Source of the DNA: Naegleria gruberi
Lineage: Eukaryota
NCBI GenBank assembly: GCA_000004985.1
Contig: GG739364.1
Strand: one strand, 5' to 3'
DNA: 1,635 nt
Shown: piece after piece, positions 1-1,635 of the stretch
Position numbering within the stretch: position 1 is the stretch's first letter
How the letters are laid out: each line of letters opens with the position of its first letter
Notes under the pieces: model-generated
Seen by the model: the letters and a program-made list of their open reading frames with translations, nothing else
What the model was told of the DNA's origin: nothing
Database searches by the model: none
Translations under genes and position numbers: made by a program

Positions 1-710
1 GCTTTGAGATGATAGGGTTCTAATGTTGCAGAATCGGGTGTGAATGGTACTATTAAGTGTACAAGTTGTGGCCAACTAGTGATATTTTCAATCAAATACT
101 CAATAGAGTCACAACCAGAAGCATTCAAGATATTCACATTGGGAAAAAGTAGTGACATTTTTGAATAGGTTTCCTTTCCATCTTGAAGTATGATCAATTC
201 TGACACATTTGGATTGGAATTAAGATTGTCTGGTATCTCTATTTCTGACATCCAGAATACAGTCTTTAAATTTTTACATGACGGTAATGTTGCAATATTA
301 TTTGAATTGACATCAATGGCTTCCACAGAGTTGACAAAGTGTTTGACAATATTCCTTGGGGGATCGGTATTTTTTTCTCCAAGATCTCCCCAATCTTTAA
401 GATTTGGGGCAAGAGTTTGTAAAGAATTAATTAATTTTTCAAATTGTTCATCAGTGAATTCATATGATGGACCAATATCAACAAATTCCAAGTTAGGATT
501 TGGTTTTCCTCCAAAATAGATATCTTCTTCTTGTCTTGAATATTCCCCTTCATACCACATTCTTCGAGCTGTGAAACTTTTCAATTTTGGAAAGTCTCCC
601 AGTCTTTTCAATATCGCACCAGAGATAAATGAAACAGGTTGTACATCTATTTCTTCAATGTTTGATTGTTTTTCCAAGAATTTTCCAAGGCCAATTCTAA
701 TTGACCTAAA
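1..710 (-). CDS. Distal, 3'-partial coding segment of the LRR protein (minus frame 2). It is open from the triple stop TGA-TAA-TAG at 711-719 to the window edge, and the true coding part probably begins near 690.
   Basis: There is no stop in about 236 consecutive codons read off the left edge. It contains an in-frame ATG at 558-560 (MWYEGEYS...). The peptide runs ...RLGDFPKLKSFTARRMWYEGEYSRQEEDIYFGGKPNPNLEFVDIGPSYEFTDEQFEKLINSLQTLAPNLKDWGDLGEKNTDPPRNIVKHFVNSVEAIDVNSNNIATLPSCKNLKTVFWMSEIEIPDNLNSNPNVSELIILQDGKETYSKMSLLFPNVNILNASGCDSIEYLIENITSWPQLVHLIVPFTPDSATLEPYHLK. It is missing from the supplied ORF track only because it lacks a stop inside the window. Confidence 0.7.
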
Positions 711-862
711 CTATTATCACTATTGATAGAAAGTGTTTTCAATTTTGGGCAAAACTTGGAAATAACCTCAAGTAGTTCGTTGCCAACATTTTCGCGGCAG
801 TAATAAAAAGGGCTTCCAGTTTGGACACAAGGGAAGTAATTCAAAAAGAAACGTATTACTAT
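647..862 (-). CDS. Middle coding segment of the same LRR protein in minus frame 3, ending at TAG 647-649. It overlaps ORF 647..844(-) in the track.
   Basis: The peptide ...FPCVQTGSPFYYCRENVGNELLEVISKFCPKLKTLSINSDNSLGQLELALENSWKNNQTLKK fits the cysteine-containing LRR pattern C-x-x-(I/V)-x-x-x-x-L-x-x-L-x-x-x-C-P-x-L-x-x-L-x-L. The TTG start assumed by the track is probably not a real start; the segment reads as an internal piece. Confidence 0.55.
   Translation of the reverse strand: MVIRFFLNYFPCVQTGSPFYYCRENVGNELLEVISKFCPKLKTLSINSDNSLGQLELALENSWKNNQTLKK
668..689. repeat. Imperfect 11-bp tandem duplication. The plus strand reads gtttttccaag / aattttccaag, and the minus strand reads cttggaaaatt / cttggaaaaac.
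   Basis: The repeat is directly visible in the sequence. It coincides with the frame-3 to frame-2 switch of the minus-strand gene. 11 is not a multiple of 3, so one unit changes the frame. Confidence 0.55.
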
Positions 863-1196
863 TCAATCCCTGGTGAATGAGTAAGGTTTTGAGATCTTCC
901 AGAATAGGTACGTAGATAAAATTGTCATCAAAAGCTTCCTCTTTTTCATCGATCGAATCATCAAGTAGTGATGTTAGAATACCTCCTCCCTTTCCCCACT
1001 TTCCTCTACCTCCTCCCACTGGAATGAAAACTTCTTGTTTCAAATTGAGAACCAGTGTTTCTAATTTTCTAGTCTTGGTTAAAATTTTGAAAAGCTTATT
1101 CTTTGTGAGAGGTATGTCGTCAAGTTCCAATTCTTTCAAGTTATAACCCAAAGGTTCATCTTCAATGATTATTCTTGTGGAAGTATCTGAGCTAGT
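768..1196 (-). CDS. Proximal coding segment of the same LRR protein in minus frame 2, ending at TGA 768-770. It corresponds to ORF 768..1151(-) in the track and extends upstream without a stop to the TAA at 1197-1199.
   Basis: The frame-2 peptide reads TSSDTSTRIIIEDEPLGYNLKELELDDIPLTKNKLFKILTKTRKLETLVLNLKQEVFIPVGGGRGKWGKGGGILTSLLDDSIDEKEEAFDDNFIYVPILEDLKTLLIHQGLNSNTFLFELLPLCPNWKPF... It has LRR periodicity plus a Gly-rich loop. Its last ~10 residues (LLLPRKCWQRTT) are probably out of the true frame. Confidence 0.55.
   Translation of the reverse strand, partial: TSSDTSTRIIIEDEPLGYNLKELELDDIPLTKNKLFKILTKTRKLETLVLNLKQEVFIPVGGGRGKWGKGGGILTSLLDDSIDEKEEAFDDNFIYVPILEDLKTLLIHQGLNSNTFLFELLPLCPNWKPFLLLPRKCWQRTT
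981..1020. repeat. A 40-nt polypyrimidine tract on the plus strand, polypurine on the minus strand: acctcctccctttccccactttcctctacctcctcccact, 36 of 40 positions C/T.
   Basis: This is a striking strand-asymmetric GC-rich tract in an AT-rich context. The minus strand here encodes the glycine-rich stretch PVGGGRGKWGKGGGIL inside the LRR protein. The tract is partially mirror-symmetric, with ggaggagg at both ends. Confidence 0.6.
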
Positions 1197-1388
1197 TTAT
1201 GAATTGAATAAATCATCATCTGTAATTTTAATAGGAAGAGTCTCTACTTGCATTTCGAGTATATATTCTTCATCACTCCTAATATCCAAAAATCCATACA
1301 CTATTCTAAAATCCATTCTTTCAAATTTGAGACTGTTTGTTATATCAGTAATTGTAAAAGAGAGCTCTGTTTTCCTTTTCAATTTCCT
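1197..1388 (-). CDS. Upstream coding segment in the same frame 2 as 768..1196, separated from it only by TAA 1197-1199. It corresponds to ORF 1197..1382(-) in the track.
   Basis: The frame opens after TGA at 1389-1391. The peptide is RKLKRKTELSFTITDITNSLKFERMDFRIVYGFLDIRSDEEYILEMQVETLPIKITDDDLFNS*. The ITD..L motif is typical of cysteine-containing LRRs. The first in-frame ATG is at 1315-1317, and the TTG start in the track is an ORF-finder artefact. Confidence 0.45.
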   Translation of the reverse strand, partial: RKLKRKTELSFTITDITNSLKFERMDFRIVYGFLDIRSDEEYILEMQVETLPIKITDDDLFNS

Positions 1389-1449
1389 TCAATAAAACCT
1401 CAAGCTGACGAAAGTTTGACTCTACTATCCAATACCAGAAAACTTTTGT
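1348..1449 (-). other. Short open segment in minus frame 1, bounded by TAG at 1450-1452 and TGA at 1345-1347. It may be a further out-of-frame remnant of the same gene's 5' part.
   Basis: It translates to TKVFWYWIVESNFRQLEVLLKEIEKENRALFYNY, which looks like protein rather than low complexity. It lies directly upstream of segment 1197..1388 but in another frame. Confidence 0.2.
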
Positions 1450-1477
1450 CTATTTTCATGTAAGTTTTAATATTCTA

Positions 1478-1633
1478 GAAAACAAACCTCAACATATTCA
1501 CCAGTGATTTTTTCTCAACTCTTGGGTTATTCAATGTTGGTTTCTTGAATCTACTCACGAAAACCCTACACACAGCTGTATTTACATGCTCGACTATCCA
1601 TTCATAATTTGCCTTTGATGTCATGGCAAGCAT
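1478..1633 (-). other. Short ATG-initiated open segment in minus frame 3 (ATG at 1631-1633 and 1622-1624), ending at TAG 1475-1477. It may be an N-terminal remnant of the LRR gene or an unrelated small ORF.
   Basis: It translates to MLAMTSKANYEWIVEHVNTAVCRVFVSRFKKPTLNNPRVEKKSLVNMLRFVF. At 52 codons it falls below the cutoff of the ORF track. I can recognise no domain in it. Confidence 0.15.
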
Positions 1634-1635
1634 TA

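Larger units (their letters stand above)
1..1388 (-). pseudogene. Disrupted gene for a leucine-rich-repeat protein (cysteine-containing LRR, F-box/LRR-like), partial at its 3' end. It reads through several frame segments, continues beyond position 1, and is interrupted by one nonsense codon and at least two frameshifts.
   Basis: I translated the minus strand by hand. Frame 2 is open from 1388 down to 771, apart from a TAA at 1197-1199. Frame 3 is open over 862-650. Frame 2 is open again from 710 to position 1 with no stop, about 236 codons. The peptides are LRR-like (ELELDDIPLTKNKLFKILTKTRKLETLVLNL, YCRENVGNELLEVISKFCPKLKTLSINS, NIEEIDVQPVSFISGAILKRLGDFPKLKSF, IATLPSCKNLKTVFW, LLFPNVNILNASGCDSIEYL). 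Codon usage is yeast-like. The plus-strand ORFs at the same place are low complexity. Pseudogene versus sequencing error cannot be decided from sequence alone. Confidence 0.5.

Noticed and set aside
190-519. Plus-strand ORF of 109 aa in the track
   Set aside because: It lies antisense to the long stop-free minus-strand LRR frame. Its peptide is low complexity and S/F/L-rich. Such shadow ORFs are expected opposite a real gene in AT-rich DNA.
795-870. Programmed +1 ribosomal frameshifting at the frame-2 to frame-3 junction
   Set aside because: There is no known slippery or pause motif here, such as CTT-AGG-C or a TGA-associated antizyme-like site. The locus has other independent lesions, so mutation or error is the more economical reading.
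981-1020. Walker A / P-loop motif in GGGRGKWGKGGG
   Set aside because: It does not fit GxxxxGK[S/T]; no Ser or Thr follows either Lys. It reads as a glycine-rich linker.
922-1463. Plus-strand ORFs 922..1146, 1165..1395 and 1248..1463
   Set aside because: They are antisense to the minus-strand LRR segments and encode serine- and poly-pyrimidine-derived junk (SSFSSIESSSS, PPPFPHFPLPPP). They overlap one another in different frames and show no protein-like features.
1460-1478. GTAAGT...TAG intron-like string on the plus strand (catGTAAGTtttaatattcTAG), and introns in general as the cause of the frame changes
   Set aside because: It is on the non-coding strand and only 19 nt long. On the minus strand I found no GTATGT or GTAAGT donor with a TACTAAC-like branch point near any frame junction. 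The frame-2 junction at 1197-1199 is a lone stop with no change of frame at all.
1-1635. Alternative nuclear code with TAA/TAG as Gln, for example a ciliate, as the explanation for the internal stops
   Set aside because: The 236-codon minus-strand segment at 1-710 contains no in-frame TAA or TAG and uses CAA abundantly. The frame breaks also involve TGA and real frame changes, which a code change cannot explain.
1623-1635. Plus-strand ATG at 1623-1625 (ATG GCA AGC ATT) as the start of a downstream plus-strand gene
   Set aside because: Only four codons are visible before the window ends. The same bases are also the start of a minus-strand ORF. The visible sequence alone cannot support a call.

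Overview
This AT-rich eukaryotic window (about one-third GC by eye) has yeast-like codon usage: TTG Leu, AGA Arg, CAA Gln, GAA Glu, CCA Pro and GGT/GGA Gly dominate, and CTG is rare. The coding sense is the minus strand. It carries one large, protein-like reading frame encoding cysteine-containing leucine-rich repeats of the F-box/LRR type (motifs such as ISKFCPKLKTLSI, LPSCKNLKTVFW, LAPNLKDWGDL and KLETLVLNL). The gene runs from roughly 1388 on the minus strand down to position 1 and continues past the left edge of the window. No stop is reached, so the C-terminus is outside the window. The reading frame is broken in at least three places. First, an in-frame TAA at 1197-1199 sits between two ORFs that are otherwise in one frame. 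Second, a +1 frame change falls in an A5/G3 homopolymer stretch at about 801-813. Third, a further frame change coincides with an imperfect 11-bp tandem duplication at 668-689, and deleting one copy conceptually restores a continuous LRR reading frame. Upstream of 1388 (the 5' side on the minus strand), two more short open segments lie in yet other frames. The locus is therefore either a decaying pseudogene of an LRR gene family or a badly error-ridden copy of an intact gene. All plus-strand ORFs in the track are antisense shadows of this gene. I see no RNA genes, mobile elements or CRISPR repeats, and no promoter can be supported.
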